A DNA stretch of 64,000 bases, taken from positions 2,141,823 to 2,205,822 of the forward strand of contig CAXXYH010000003.1 of NCBI GenBank assembly GCA_963677925.2, given 5' to 3'. This DNA comes from Spirochaetia bacterium (lineage in GTDB: Bacteria > Spirochaetota > Spirochaetia > UBA9216). A program made the translations under genes and the position numbers. Positions 19,143 through 29,387 of this stretch are shown here, piece by piece. Position 1 is the first letter of the stretch. Each line of letters starts with the position of its first letter. The notes beneath the pieces are model-generated. The model was not told where the DNA came from and did not search any database. It saw nothing but the letters and a program-made list of their open reading frames with translations.

Positions 19143-19982
19143 TCAGTCTTTCAGCCTGGGATCAAGAGCATCCCTTAAACCGTCTCCTATTACATTTAGT
19201 GAAAAGAGTGTCAGAAGCATTGCTATCCCAGGCCATACAACCATCCACGGATAGTCACGTATATAGGATCTTCCTGCAGAAAGCATTGCTCCCCACTCAG
19301 GTGCTGGCGGCTGTACGCCAAGCCCGAGAAAGCTGAGTCCCGCAACAAGGACAATTGAACTTGAGAGCGAGAGTGTGGTCTGAACAATCAGGGGGGCCAT
19401 AATATTGGGCAGAATATGCCTGAAAATAATTGCAACCGTAGGAGTATTAACAGCTTTGGCTGCTTCAATAAATTCCTGGTTTCGCAGTGAAAGAACCGGA
19501 CCGCGGGCAACCCTTGCCCGGATGGGAATTCCCGAAACAATGACAGCCGCAAGAGTGTTTATCATGCCGGTTCCAAGACTCGCTGCAATTGCAACAGCCA
19601 GAAGCATGGGAGGCAAAGCCATAAAAACATCCAGAAGCCTCATAATTACATGGTCTGTTTTTCCTGCAAAATACCCGGCAATACATCCGATTATGGCACC
19701 GAATATGGTTGTAACAACCGCTGCGATAAGACCAATTTCAAGAGACATTCTGCCTCCGTAAAGAATCCTGCTGAATATATCCCGGCCTAAATTATCAGTA
19801 CCGCAGAGATGGGTAAAACTTGGTCTAAGAAACTTTCTCGATACATCCTGATCATCCCATCCGAACGGAGCAATCAGATTAGCTGAAATAACTGCTATAA
19901 TAACAAGTCCAAAAATAACAAGACACAAAATAGTCAGTTTGTTACGGCACAATCGCCTTCCGAATTCCAGAAACATTTTCAT
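19143..19982 (-). CDS. peptide-type ABC permease (OppC-like)
   Basis: GTDNLGRD, EAA loop, LSFLGLG..PP.PEWG. Confidence 0.93.
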   Translation of the reverse strand: MKMFLEFGRRLCRNKLTILCLVIFGLVIIAVISANLIAPFGWDDQDVSRKFLRPSFTHLCGTDNLGRDIFSRILYGGRMSLEIGLIAAVVTTIFGAIIGCIAGYFAGKTDHVIMRLLDVFMALPPMLLAVAIAASLGTGMINTLAAVIVSGIPIRARVARGPVLSLRNQEFIEAAKAVNTPTVAIIFRHILPNIMAPLIVQTTLSLSSSIVLVAGLSFLGLGVQPPAPEWGAMLSAGRSYIRDYPWMVVWPGIAMLLTLFSLNVIGDGLRDALDPRLKD

Positions 19983-20953
19983 ACTGCAGCTCCTCTTCGT
20001 TTTCTTCCTGCAGAGCTAGAAGAAAACTGCGACCTTATTCTCGGATCAACCATCGCATACATCAGGTCAACAAGAAGGTTTACTACACTGAATGAGACTG
20101 CGAGAAGCAGAATTCCGGCACGTATCATTGGAAAGTCCCTGTAGCTTATTGAATCCATCAAAAGCTTGCCTACTCCGGGTATTGCAAATATCTGCTCAAC
20201 TATCATTGTTCCGCCAAGAAGGATTCCTGCCTGTGTTCCGATAACTGTAATAATTGGAATAAGAGCATTGCGCAGCTGATGATGCAGAATCACCTTTCCT
20301 TCACTCTGGCCCTTCGCCCTTGCAGTTCTGATATAGTCCTGTCGCATTACCTCAAGCATGGAAGATCTGGTCATACGCATCTGGCTGGCAGAAGCTGTAA
20401 AGGAAATTGTAATTATCGGAAGAATATAATATTCAAGTCCGAAGTTGCCTGAAGCCGGAAGCCAGCCAAGTTTCTGCGAGAATATAAGAACCAGCATCAG
20501 CCCGGTCCAGAAGGAGGGCATGGAGACTCCTACCATCCCGACAACGGTCGCAAGATGATCCCAAATTGAATACTGTTTGACCGCAGATATGATACCTGTT
20601 GTAATTCCCACAAGGGCTGTAAACAGAACACCCAGAAGGGCCACGAGCATAGTAGTCGGATAGCGGTCAAATATTTCCTGCGTTACCGAAGCTCCGGTTC
20701 TGTAGGAAATACCAAGATCGCCCTTTGAAACAATGTTCCAGACCCAGCGTCCGTATTGCACGAGAAGGGGATCGTTTAGCCCCATTTCGGTACGCAGCTC
20801 ATCAAGCCGTACCGGATCAGCATATTCACCAAGCATTGATTCTGCTGCATCACCGGGTGCAAGATCAAGAACTACAAAAACCAGCAGCCCCACTCCCAGC
20901 ATTACAGGAATCATGGTAAGTATTCTTTTAATGATGAACTTAATCATTCGCAA
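19979..20953 (-). CDS. peptide-type ABC permease (OppB-like)
   Basis: GDLGISY, DYIRTARAKG, DPRIR. Confidence 0.93.
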   Translation of the reverse strand: MRMIKFIIKRILTMIPVMLGVGLLVFVVLDLAPGDAAESMLGEYADPVRLDELRTEMGLNDPLLVQYGRWVWNIVSKGDLGISYRTGASVTQEIFDRYPTTMLVALLGVLFTALVGITTGIISAVKQYSIWDHLATVVGMVGVSMPSFWTGLMLVLIFSQKLGWLPASGNFGLEYYILPIITISFTASASQMRMTRSSMLEVMRQDYIRTARAKGQSEGKVILHHQLRNALIPIITVIGTQAGILLGGTMIVEQIFAIPGVGKLLMDSISYRDFPMIRAGILLLAVSFSVVNLLVDLMYAMVDPRIRSQFSSSSAGRKRRGAAV

Positions 20954-22209
20954 ACACCTCCTGAAGAAAACTCATTAAAAAGCGAAGAAACAGCATTCCG
21001 AAAAGCCACTTCATATTCCCCCCTGCCTGAATCATCTTTGACATAGGCTGTCCACTGTCCGGCATGGGTGATCATGAAAGTATTTTTGAATGGAGAATCA
21101 GCTTTAATTCGGGCGCCAATCTGGTTGAAGATTTCCCCGTTGGTAGTAATAATCGCCAAGCTGCCTATCATGATAAGCCTGATTTCAAATTCAACAGGCT
21201 CTCTATTACCCGGTTTCACAACCGCTTCTGCACTTACACTGAATTTTCTGACTCCGGCCCACAGCAGTGAATGCCTGGAACTGCAGACAATATTTGCATT
21301 GGCCTGCAGAATGTCCATCATAAGCCGCTTTCCCATAAACTCAAGAATCAGAGGTCCTGCCGAGCCGAGCTCTTTTACGGTAACACCGCCTTCAGGTTCC
21401 GGGATATTAACTCTGGACATCATTACCGGGTTAAGATCTCCGGCAGCTCCGCTTGTAAAAATAACTACCGGTTCATCATCCTGCCCCTTCTCTATAAGGC
21501 GGCAGGCTCTTCCGGGAAGATCTCCTGATATTTCTGTTCCCCTTCCTTCCGGTTCATTGTGGATCATCATGCATGCATGTACAGCAAAGTTATACAGAAG
21601 AGCAATTGTTTTTCCTTTTTCATCATCAATCCGAATAAGATACAGATCCCTGTCTGCAGGACTGCCGAGGCTGAATCCGTAAGTATCCGTATTGGCTCCA
21701 AGGCCTTTTTCATTACGGTTAACATTCAGGTAACAGCTTCCTTTTTCCACACCAATCCCGGCAGGCCTGATATTGTCAACGGCCGTCTTCACCGCACCGG
21801 GAATAAGATCCCTGACAAACTTCCTGTAAGCTCTTATCTTCCGGGTAAACTCTTCTCCATACCACTTTTCAAATTCAGGATTATCCGCATACGGACCGCT
21901 GTGAGTATGAGTTGCCGTGCAGATTACATGACTTTCTTCAACACATGCACAGTCAGCGATGAGCTTGATGTTCTCCTTTGATTCCGGTACTCCCGGCAGA
22001 TCCATTACAACAAGGACGATTCTGGTCTCTTTATTTTCAAGAACCAACACACGCATGAACAGATCGTCGAGAATAGTACCGTTGAAAATTGAAGGCTTTC
22101 CTCCCTTCATGTTATTTCTGAAATGTTCCAGCGGAAACAGTTCGGGATCAGGAGTGATGCAGACCCGAGAAGCTCCCGCATAAATTCTGTTTTTCACTGC
22201 AGCAGTCAT
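20944..22209 (-). CDS. neutral/alkaline ceramidase-like metallo-amidohydrolase
   Basis: ATHTHSGP metal motif, NFAVH, ISGDLPG, GAAGDLNP. Confidence 0.7.
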   Translation of the reverse strand: MTAAVKNRIYAGASRVCITPDPELFPLEHFRNNMKGGKPSIFNGTILDDLFMRVLVLENKETRIVLVVMDLPGVPESKENIKLIADCACVEESHVICTATHTHSGPYADNPEFEKWYGEEFTRKIRAYRKFVRDLIPGAVKTAVDNIRPAGIGVEKGSCYLNVNRNEKGLGANTDTYGFSLGSPADRDLYLIRIDDEKGKTIALLYNFAVHACMMIHNEPEGRGTEISGDLPGRACRLIEKGQDDEPVVIFTSGAAGDLNPVMMSRVNIPEPEGGVTVKELGSAGPLILEFMGKRLMMDILQANANIVCSSRHSLLWAGVRKFSVSAEAVVKPGNREPVEFEIRLIMIGSLAIITTNGEIFNQIGARIKADSPFKNTFMITHAGQWTAYVKDDSGRGEYEVAFRNAVSSLFNEFSSGGVCE

Positions 22210-22212
22210 ATA

Positions 22213-23643
22213 TTAATCACCCAAATCTTCCTGTACTGCCTCAAGTATGATCTGAACAGCATCCTCTTCAAGAATCCAGCGCCCTTCAAGGGCTCTGAGT
22301 GTTGAGACTATTACTTTCCCTATGTAGTCAAACCTGTCAGTGTATAATGATTTAATTTCTTCTTCTTTCAGACGGACAGCTCCGCCTTCCGGATCATACC
22401 TGTATAGCGGAACATCAACATACGGAAGCCTGATACCGCCTTGAGTATTTCCAACATCATCCAGCACAAAAAGAGTATCCGGGTACTTTCCGATAGTACG
22501 GATTCTAGGTGATACAGGAGGTGCTGTTCCCTCAGTGATCCACTTAAGCAGATTTTCAGTCGCGGCCTTAAGGATGTAGCGGACCGGATATTCATATTCG
22601 TAATTAACCGTATCCTTCCATGGCGTTTTTGAGCGTTCGACATCCTCAATACAGGGGGTTCTCTGCTTGTCATAGCCGGATCTGACTCCGCAGCCTGCAA
22701 TGTTGTAAAGGCGCAGTTTTTTCCCAGGCTCATCAGCATCAGGCCTGTCCTGCATTACAGCCCAGTCCGGATGGAAGCCTCCGCCCAGCATATCTCCCGT
22801 AGTCAGGATATGTATAAACGGTACTTCGCAGTAATATTTGTTTCGTTCATCAAGCTCGTGATTTTTTGGTGTTATCTGATTTATGCCACCGGGAGCTCCC
22901 GTCATATAAATGAGAAAGCCGTCGTAAACCGGAGCACCGCTTTCAAGGCAGTCCTGGGGGTGAATTCCGCTAGCATAAGCGGAAAGGTCGCCTCCGGTGG
23001 CTGCGGTTGCAATAACTGTTTTTACCTGAAACCCATTGAAAGGATTATCCTTCCGATCCGACTTCAGCAGAGCACCCAGCTGACTGATCATATCCCAGCA
23101 CAAACCGTTCTCACTATCCCGATTTGACGGACCATAGGAATTAGCAGGGTCTTTTCGTTCATCCTCCGGAAGCGGATTATCAAATGAAAGTTCGGAATAC
23201 CTGGCCATATCAAAGCGCTTCAGTACAGGAAAGACTCTCTCTCTTACGGTAAGACCTATCCAGGCTATTCCCCTGCTCAGATAATATTCATAGCAATGAC
23301 CCCAGCCGGGAATTGTCCGGTCGTAGGTTGAAGCCCAGTTCAGCAGCTCGACCACAACAGTTCCGCTGAAATCTTCAGGCTTTGCCGGCTTGCGGACAAG
23401 CATCCTGCTTGCATACGGACACTCAGGAGTTCTTACGGATGGCAGTTTCCGGTTTTCAGGCCATTCATAAACATTGGCTTTCCCGCCAAGAATATATTCA
23501 TTTTCTGCAAATCCGTATTCAGATAGATCAATAGGTTCCACCAGTCTGTGGGCGGCCCCCAGCGGCCAGGATGTTTCGGTTATTGGAATATCTCTGCAAT
23601 ACTCAGGCGGAGATATTTTTCTCTTTTCTACAGTTACACTCAA
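22213..23643 (-). CDS. alpha/beta hydrolase domain protein (Abhydrolase_10-like)
   Basis: YGFAENEY, RMLVRKP..FSGTVVVELLN and C-terminal GN..GGIRLPYVDVP...LY....Y patterns. Confidence 0.7.
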   Translation of the reverse strand: MSVTVEKRKISPPEYCRDIPITETSWPLGAAHRLVEPIDLSEYGFAENEYILGGKANVYEWPENRKLPSVRTPECPYASRMLVRKPAKPEDFSGTVVVELLNWASTYDRTIPGWGHCYEYYLSRGIAWIGLTVRERVFPVLKRFDMARYSELSFDNPLPEDERKDPANSYGPSNRDSENGLCWDMISQLGALLKSDRKDNPFNGFQVKTVIATAATGGDLSAYASGIHPQDCLESGAPVYDGFLIYMTGAPGGINQITPKNHELDERNKYYCEVPFIHILTTGDMLGGGFHPDWAVMQDRPDADEPGKKLRLYNIAGCGVRSGYDKQRTPCIEDVERSKTPWKDTVNYEYEYPVRYILKAATENLLKWITEGTAPPVSPRIRTIGKYPDTLFVLDDVGNTQGGIRLPYVDVPLYRYDPEGGAVRLKEEEIKSLYTDRFDYIGKVIVSTLRALEGRWILEEDAVQIILEAVQEDLGD

Positions 23644-24863
23644 CTGCTTGCCTCCTCTGTTGTTCTTAAGTTATGAGTATCGTGTTCCCTGTAGAAACCC
23701 GATTTATTTTTAAAGGAAATCTGGTCTATTACAAAAAGAAGGGCAGCAGCTATAACCGGAAAGCAAAGAAGATAATAAGTCGTGCTGTAGTTGAAAAATA
23801 CGATAAGCGTTCCTGCAAAAGTAGATCCAAGACCTACACCCAGATCCATACCGATATTGATCGTACTGCTCGCAATACCCCTCCGGTCCATTGATGTCCG
23901 CATAAACGATACTGCCATAAGAGTAGATAGAGTTGCACTGTAACCAAGACCCAGAAAAACAGCAGCAAGATATAGCATTGTACTGTTTTTAAGTCCGCCC
24001 AGAAGCAGAAGACATCCCGTGAAGAAAAAAGCACCTGGAATTATAATGAACTCAGGACCCTTCCTGTCGACAACCCTCCCGCTGAAGAAACGGACAAACA
24101 GAATTACAACTGAATATATTGTAAAGAAAAGGCCCGGCCTGGTTATCCCGACACTCTGCGCATAAATGATAAGAAAAGTAGTGATTGATGTATAAGCCAT
24201 TCCGTTCAGAAGCAGAACCACAGAGGGAAATAAGGCTTCTTTGAGAATGATGTTCTTCGGTGATAATTTAAGATTCCCGCGGCCTTCCGGAACAGCCTGT
24301 TCTTTTACCGCAAATAAAGCGGCAATCGCGCATAGGACCACAGAAGCAGCTACTGCCGACATAACTCTGTATCCGTAATTCTCGCTTAAAAAAACACCGA
24401 GATTCGGAGCCAAAGCCATTGCCAGTACATTTGCAAGGCCGTAAACTCCTACGCACTCACCAACCTTTCCCGCAGGTGCGGTATTACTGGCCATAGTCAT
24501 TCCGGTAGTTGTGGCAAAGCCCCAGCCTACACCGTGAATCAGTCTGAATACTACCAGAGCCGTATTACTCGAGGAAAAGCTGTAACCAATCATACCTGCC
24601 ATAATTATCAGAAGAGCAATAAGGTATATTTTTTTCTTTTTCTTTCTATCAATCAAATTTCCGCATATCGGGCGCACCAGAATAGCTGAAACACTGAAAA
24701 CTCCGGCAACAAGGCCTGCAACAGCCTCGGTACCGTTTAGAATCATGGAGAACTTTGCGATAGTAGTTGAAAGCATATGCATGCTCATAAAGACGAATGC
24801 ATTAACGATTAGAAGCAGGATAAAATCTTTATTCCAGATAGACTCAGTTTTCTCAGTTGACAT
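23640..24863 (-). CDS. MFS transporter
   Basis: IWNKDF start, GNLIDR and GRVVDRKG loop motifs, ~12 TMs. Confidence 0.9.
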   Translation of the reverse strand: MSTEKTESIWNKDFILLLIVNAFVFMSMHMLSTTIAKFSMILNGTEAVAGLVAGVFSVSAILVRPICGNLIDRKKKKKIYLIALLIIMAGMIGYSFSSSNTALVVFRLIHGVGWGFATTTGMTMASNTAPAGKVGECVGVYGLANVLAMALAPNLGVFLSENYGYRVMSAVAASVVLCAIAALFAVKEQAVPEGRGNLKLSPKNIILKEALFPSVVLLLNGMAYTSITTFLIIYAQSVGITRPGLFFTIYSVVILFVRFFSGRVVDRKGPEFIIIPGAFFFTGCLLLLGGLKNSTMLYLAAVFLGLGYSATLSTLMAVSFMRTSMDRRGIASSTINIGMDLGVGLGSTFAGTLIVFFNYSTTYYLLCFPVIAAALLFVIDQISFKNKSGFYREHDTHNLRTTEEASS

Positions 24864-26382
24864 TAATATTCCTTGAAAGTTTGTTCAGCTTAAAAATCTT
24901 TTCTGCAAAAAATTCCCGCGTAAACCGGTTTAAGGCATGTTCATCCTCCGGTCCGGCAGTCAGGGGATCGTCCAGATTAAGAACATTTCTGTCTGCAGAG
25001 GAATAAGGCTTCCAATCAGGTAAATGAGCTACATTCGGATTGCCGCTTTTTATAAAGCTGCACCAGTATTCCTGCATGGCAACGGCTATTTCCTCGTCCT
25101 TTTCATTCATACCTGAAAGTGTTTCAAGATTATTCAGTAAATATCTGGTTTCAAGTCCATGATGAGCCATACCGTTTGACGGATTCTTTCTTGAAAAATT
25201 GAAAATATAAACAGGCTTCCTGCCTGCTGCCGACTGCAGTTCTGCAAAAGCCTTTGCCCCGGCATAAGCGGCGTGGGTGTTCCGCATCGCAGTTACAGCG
25301 TCTTCATCAGTTTTTACATCACAAAGATTGAGATATTCTTCCAGCCTGTCTCCGAACAGATCTGCATTCAGGCTTCCGAACTTGTCCTTATTGAAATTCA
25401 GCAGCATTCCGCCGCCTTCATCATTTGTATTTCCAACAATATACTCAATATCCGGATTAACCAGTGTCTGCATTAATTCTGAATAAAACTTTTTCATCAG
25501 GTAGCCGTCGGCACAGTTCCCCAGCCTAGTACCGAAATGCAGTTCACGCCTGAACTTTGACTCAGGCAGGGCTGTCAGCTGCCCGTAACTCATTGCTCTA
25601 AGCTCAGAGATGGAACTGCAGCCCATTTTCTTCATGTACTCAACGCCGCCGGCCTCAATCTCTTCAAGTGATGTCAGGTTGTCATTCAAGGCGGAACGAA
25701 CAGCAATACTTAGGCTGCTTTGAATAATTGCACGCTTTATATACTTTTTTGACAGATCAGAGGTACAGAGAATCTGGGTGCTGCCGGAACCTGCTGAGCA
25801 TCCGCCAACAGTAATGTTATTTTTATCTCCGCCGAAGTTCTCAATATTATCGTACACCCATTTTAAAGCCAGAACCTGATCAAAGTGAGCGTAGTTGCCC
25901 GATACTCCATGTTCACTTTCAGCCGAAAGTTCCGGATGGGCAAAAAAGCCCAGGATGCCAAGCCGGTAATTGAAAGTTACAAGAATCACGCCCCTGGGAC
26001 AGAACACTTCCGGTGCAGCATTACGGCCTCCGCCGTGCCCGGCAGAATATGCTCCGCCATGAATCCAGATGAATACCGGAAGCTTGCCTGCCTCATCCAA
26101 TGTCGGTGTCCATACATTTAAATAAAGACAGTCTTCACTGGTGCAGTCTGAAATGAGCTTGTCAGTAGGATCTCCGCCGGGAGGCCCCTGATCGGGAGCC
26201 TGCATACTTGGACTACCGAAAGCAATTGTTTCTCGAACCCCAGTCCAGCCTCTATGCGGCACCGGTTCTTTCCAGCGCAGATCCCCTACAGGCGGTTCTG
26301 CATAGGGAATCCCCAGAAAAGAGAAGTACTCACCATTTTCAAGACCGCTTATTTTTCCGTTTGATGTATTTATTACAGCCAA
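24853..26382 (-). CDS. type-B carboxylesterase/lipase
   Basis: FLGIPYA.PPVGDLRW, SEDCLYLNVW, IHGG, FGGD..NITVGGCSAG; probable TTG start at 26382. Confidence 0.92.
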   Translation of the reverse strand: MAVINTSNGKISGLENGEYFSFLGIPYAEPPVGDLRWKEPVPHRGWTGVRETIAFGSPSMQAPDQGPPGGDPTDKLISDCTSEDCLYLNVWTPTLDEAGKLPVFIWIHGGAYSAGHGGGRNAAPEVFCPRGVILVTFNYRLGILGFFAHPELSAESEHGVSGNYAHFDQVLALKWVYDNIENFGGDKNNITVGGCSAGSGSTQILCTSDLSKKYIKRAIIQSSLSIAVRSALNDNLTSLEEIEAGGVEYMKKMGCSSISELRAMSYGQLTALPESKFRRELHFGTRLGNCADGYLMKKFYSELMQTLVNPDIEYIVGNTNDEGGGMLLNFNKDKFGSLNADLFGDRLEEYLNLCDVKTDEDAVTAMRNTHAAYAGAKAFAELQSAAGRKPVYIFNFSRKNPSNGMAHHGLETRYLLNNLETLSGMNEKDEEIAVAMQEYWCSFIKSGNPNVAHLPDWKPYSSADRNVLNLDDPLTAGPEDEHALNRFTREFFAEKIFKLNKLSRNINVN

Positions 26383-26566
26383 AACCGCCCCCGTTATTGT
26401 TTGATTATTTTTTAAGGATGATTCATGGTAAAGCGAGTAATGATGATTGTCTAACACTAATAATTTGTCAGCTCACAAGTAAATTTTGTTGTATATTCTA
26501 TTTATAATCATGATATAATCACTCCGGATAAACATTTTCTTGCTGAGGATACAAAAGGAGCTGCCG

Positions 26567-27535
26567 ATGTATTATCCGTCGCTGGATTACTTCATTGAAA
26601 TTGCAAAACATCTTAATCTCTCCATAGCTGCAACGAAACTAAATGTGTCACAGCAGAGTCTGAGTGCATATGTTCAAAAACTCGAATCTTTTTTTGATTT
26701 GAAACTTCTGGAACGAAAGCCGGTATTGCGGCTGACAAAGGCAGGTGAAGCCGTCTTTAAAACCGCAGAAAAAATCGGGACAATTCAGGAATCACTGCTT
26801 CATGAAATTGCAAGACTGAAAGAGGATTCGAGTGAAAGAAAGCATTTATCTATAGGAATATTCAGGCCAAATGCCAGCCAGCTGATGAACTTTATTCCTC
26901 TGGCTGAATTCAATAAGGCCTACCCTCAAATATCCTACAGTATCATGGAAGAAAGCAATTATTCTCTCCGCGAAATGCTCAGTGCAGGAAAGGTCGATCT
27001 TATAGTCAGTTCATATAATCCATCCAGTTCCTTCCCGGATTTCAATGAATCAATTCTTTACAATGATAATGAGTATATTCTGATATCGGATGATCTGCTT
27101 CGTGAATACTTTCCTGAAAGATATCCCGCATGCATAGATGAGTTTAAAAAAGGTGTCAGCCTGGCTGAGTTTCATAGAATCCCCATACTCATGTACCCCA
27201 CAGACAGCGCCTACAACTCAATAATTCTTCAGTACTTCAAGGACCGGAACCTTGAGTACACTCTTGTCGGGGAAAGCCCAAACAGATACCTGACCACTAA
27301 TATAGTTCATAAAAACATGGCACTGGGATTCTGCAACAGCAGGTTCCTTAATTTCCTGAAGCAGGATCCCTTTCACAACATTCCTGAATCCGTCTACTCT
27401 TTCCCTATAGTCGAGCCTATGCTTAAGCGGACAGTAGGTATTCTGTACCGGAGGTCAGAAAGTTATCCTCAGTATTTTACAGATCTTATACGGATGACAC
27501 AGAAACACTGCAGGCTGGAAACTTCCAGAGAATAA
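26567..27535 (+). CDS. LysR family transcriptional regulator
   Basis: AATKLNVSQQSLS..VQKLE HTH; ATG behind an AAGGAG RBS; divergent from the esterase operon. Confidence 0.9.
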   Translation: MYYPSLDYFIEIAKHLNLSIAATKLNVSQQSLSAYVQKLESFFDLKLLERKPVLRLTKAGEAVFKTAEKIGTIQESLLHEIARLKEDSSERKHLSIGIFRPNASQLMNFIPLAEFNKAYPQISYSIMEESNYSLREMLSAGKVDLIVSSYNPSSSFPDFNESILYNDNEYILISDDLLREYFPERYPACIDEFKKGVSLAEFHRIPILMYPTDSAYNSIILQYFKDRNLEYTLVGESPNRYLTTNIVHKNMALGFCNSRFLNFLKQDPFHNIPESVYSFPIVEPMLKRTVGILYRRSESYPQYFTDLIRMTQKHCRLETSRE

Positions 27536-27560
27536 TGCAGAAAAATAGAGTGTACGCTAT

Positions 27561-28469
27561 CTAAACCTTTTGCTCTTTAACTACTAACTGCCTGATTCCA
27601 GGAAACGTATAAATAAGAATTGCAACCCAGATCAGACCGAATGACAGCCAGTGCGCTGTTGAAAACTCCTCCCCGAAAATAAAAACTGCAGTAATCATGG
27701 CAATTGTTGGAGACAGATACTGAATAAAGCCTATAGCAGTCATCGAAATCCTCTTTGCTCCTGAGGCAAATGTCATCAGAGTCACGCAGGTCAGCAGTCC
27801 GGCTCCGACAAGCAGCAGCGGAGTAACCGGATCAGAAGCAAACCCGGTAAAGGCGCCTCTGCCCGTTGACTCCATATATATCATATACACAAGAGCAAAG
27901 GGCAGAAGAAAAAGCATCTCATAAAATGTGGAAATAACTGAAGGGACAGTAAGCTTTTTCTTAACCAGGCTGTAGAACGTAAATGAAAAAGCAATACCCA
28001 GCCCCTGGACCGGAATATTGCCGTAACCGAAGATAAGAATAAGAACACCTGTAAGCGCAAGAAAAAAAGCAATGAGGGTGTTAACACTCAGTTTTTCCCT
28101 GAAAATCAAACGGCTGAAAATTACAGCAAGCACAGGATAAATATAATAACCCAGACTGATTTCAAGGATATGGCTGGTTGTAATTGCAAATATATAAAAT
28201 ACCCACTGGCTCAGGACAGTCAGTCCTGCAAGAGAAAAAAGCAGAATATTTCTCTTTTGCTTCAGAGGGATAAGAAGATCCTCTTTTTTATAGAAGATAA
28301 TAATAAGAAGCAGCATTATAACAGCGGCCCACACTATCCTGTTAGCCAGAATCAGTATCGTATCAACATGAACAAGCATTTTCAAATATGAAGGCAGAAA
28401 ACCCCAAATAAGAACTGCAGTCATAATGTAGGCAAAGCCGGCCTTCTGCTCATTTTTTATATCAGACAT
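27561..28469 (-). CDS. rarD: EamA/DMT transporter RarD
   Basis: IWGFLP, SLGYYI.P, IGFIQYLSPT; ~10 TMs. Confidence 0.85.
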   Translation of the reverse strand: MSDIKNEQKAGFAYIMTAVLIWGFLPSYLKMLVHVDTILILANRIVWAAVIMLLLIIIFYKKEDLLIPLKQKRNILLFSLAGLTVLSQWVFYIFAITTSHILEISLGYYIYPVLAVIFSRLIFREKLSVNTLIAFFLALTGVLILIFGYGNIPVQGLGIAFSFTFYSLVKKKLTVPSVISTFYEMLFLLPFALVYMIYMESTGRGAFTGFASDPVTPLLLVGAGLLTCVTLMTFASGAKRISMTAIGFIQYLSPTIAMITAVFIFGEEFSTAHWLSFGLIWVAILIYTFPGIRQLVVKEQKV

Positions 28470-28516
28470 GAGCTGATATTAGCATAAAATCCAACCCTTT
28501 TTAAGAGAGAATTGCT

Positions 28517-29251
28517 CTATCCCCGCATCCGCTTAAGCTCTTCACTCATCAGCTCATGACATTTCACGGCAAGTTCCTGAGTATCAGACCCCTTCTCTAC
28601 TTCAACAGCAGGAAGGATTGACAGCTTGATTTTATGAATACCGTTCAGGTTCTTTCCGTTTCTCGGCATTGCCTGATATGCTCCGTCTATCACGACAGGA
28701 AGGACCGATGTCCCTGTACTACATGCAGAGCGGAAGGCTCCTTTCTTAAATTCTGCAATATTACCGTCAGAGGTACGTGTTCCTTCCGGATAAATCATCA
28801 GTGAATCACCTTCCAGAAGAATATCATCCATCCTTCTGATTGCTTCAATCTGACTTTTGCGGTTCTGCCTGTCGATCAGAATGTGTCCGCTCATAAAAAG
28901 ATTCCAGCCGACAATCGGAACTCGGGCCAGGGCTTTTTTCGCAATCATCTTTGCAGGAAGGAAGATCGTAAAAATGAGCAGGATATCAAGAATTGACTGG
29001 TGGTTCATTACAATAACAAGAGGCTTTTTACGGTCTATATTTTCAAGCCCCTTGTACTCAAGCCTGATAAGAGGAGAAAGAGCAAGCACCACTGTGCAGA
29101 GTATTGATGAATTGTAATGCATGATTCTCCGGTGCTTATCAAAGGGGGCTGTAAAAACAAAGAGCAGAGCCTGTAATGGTATATAAATTATGAAACATAT
29201 AACAAGTTCTATCCAGCTGAATATTGAGAGGATAAGGTAAATAAGGGGCAT
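28517..29251 (-). CDS. plsC: 1-acyl-sn-glycerol-3-phosphate acyltransferase
   Basis: NHQSILD, PEGTRT, FKKGAF. Confidence 0.88.
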   Translation of the reverse strand: MPLIYLILSIFSWIELVICFIIYIPLQALLFVFTAPFDKHRRIMHYNSSILCTVVLALSPLIRLEYKGLENIDRKKPLVIVMNHQSILDILLIFTIFLPAKMIAKKALARVPIVGWNLFMSGHILIDRQNRKSQIEAIRRMDDILLEGDSLMIYPEGTRTSDGNIAEFKKGAFRSACSTGTSVLPVVIDGAYQAMPRNGKNLNGIHKIKLSILPAVEVEKGSDTQELAVKCHELMSEELKRMRG

Positions 29252-29387
29252 GTATACTCCAGGGGAAAATTTTGGGATTTGAAGTGCAACTGTACAATTT
29301 TGGCTGATAAAAAGATACCCATCGGATATTGAACAGCCTTATTTTATAAAGATTGTCCTTATCTGAAAACTGTGTTAGGGTCTATGC

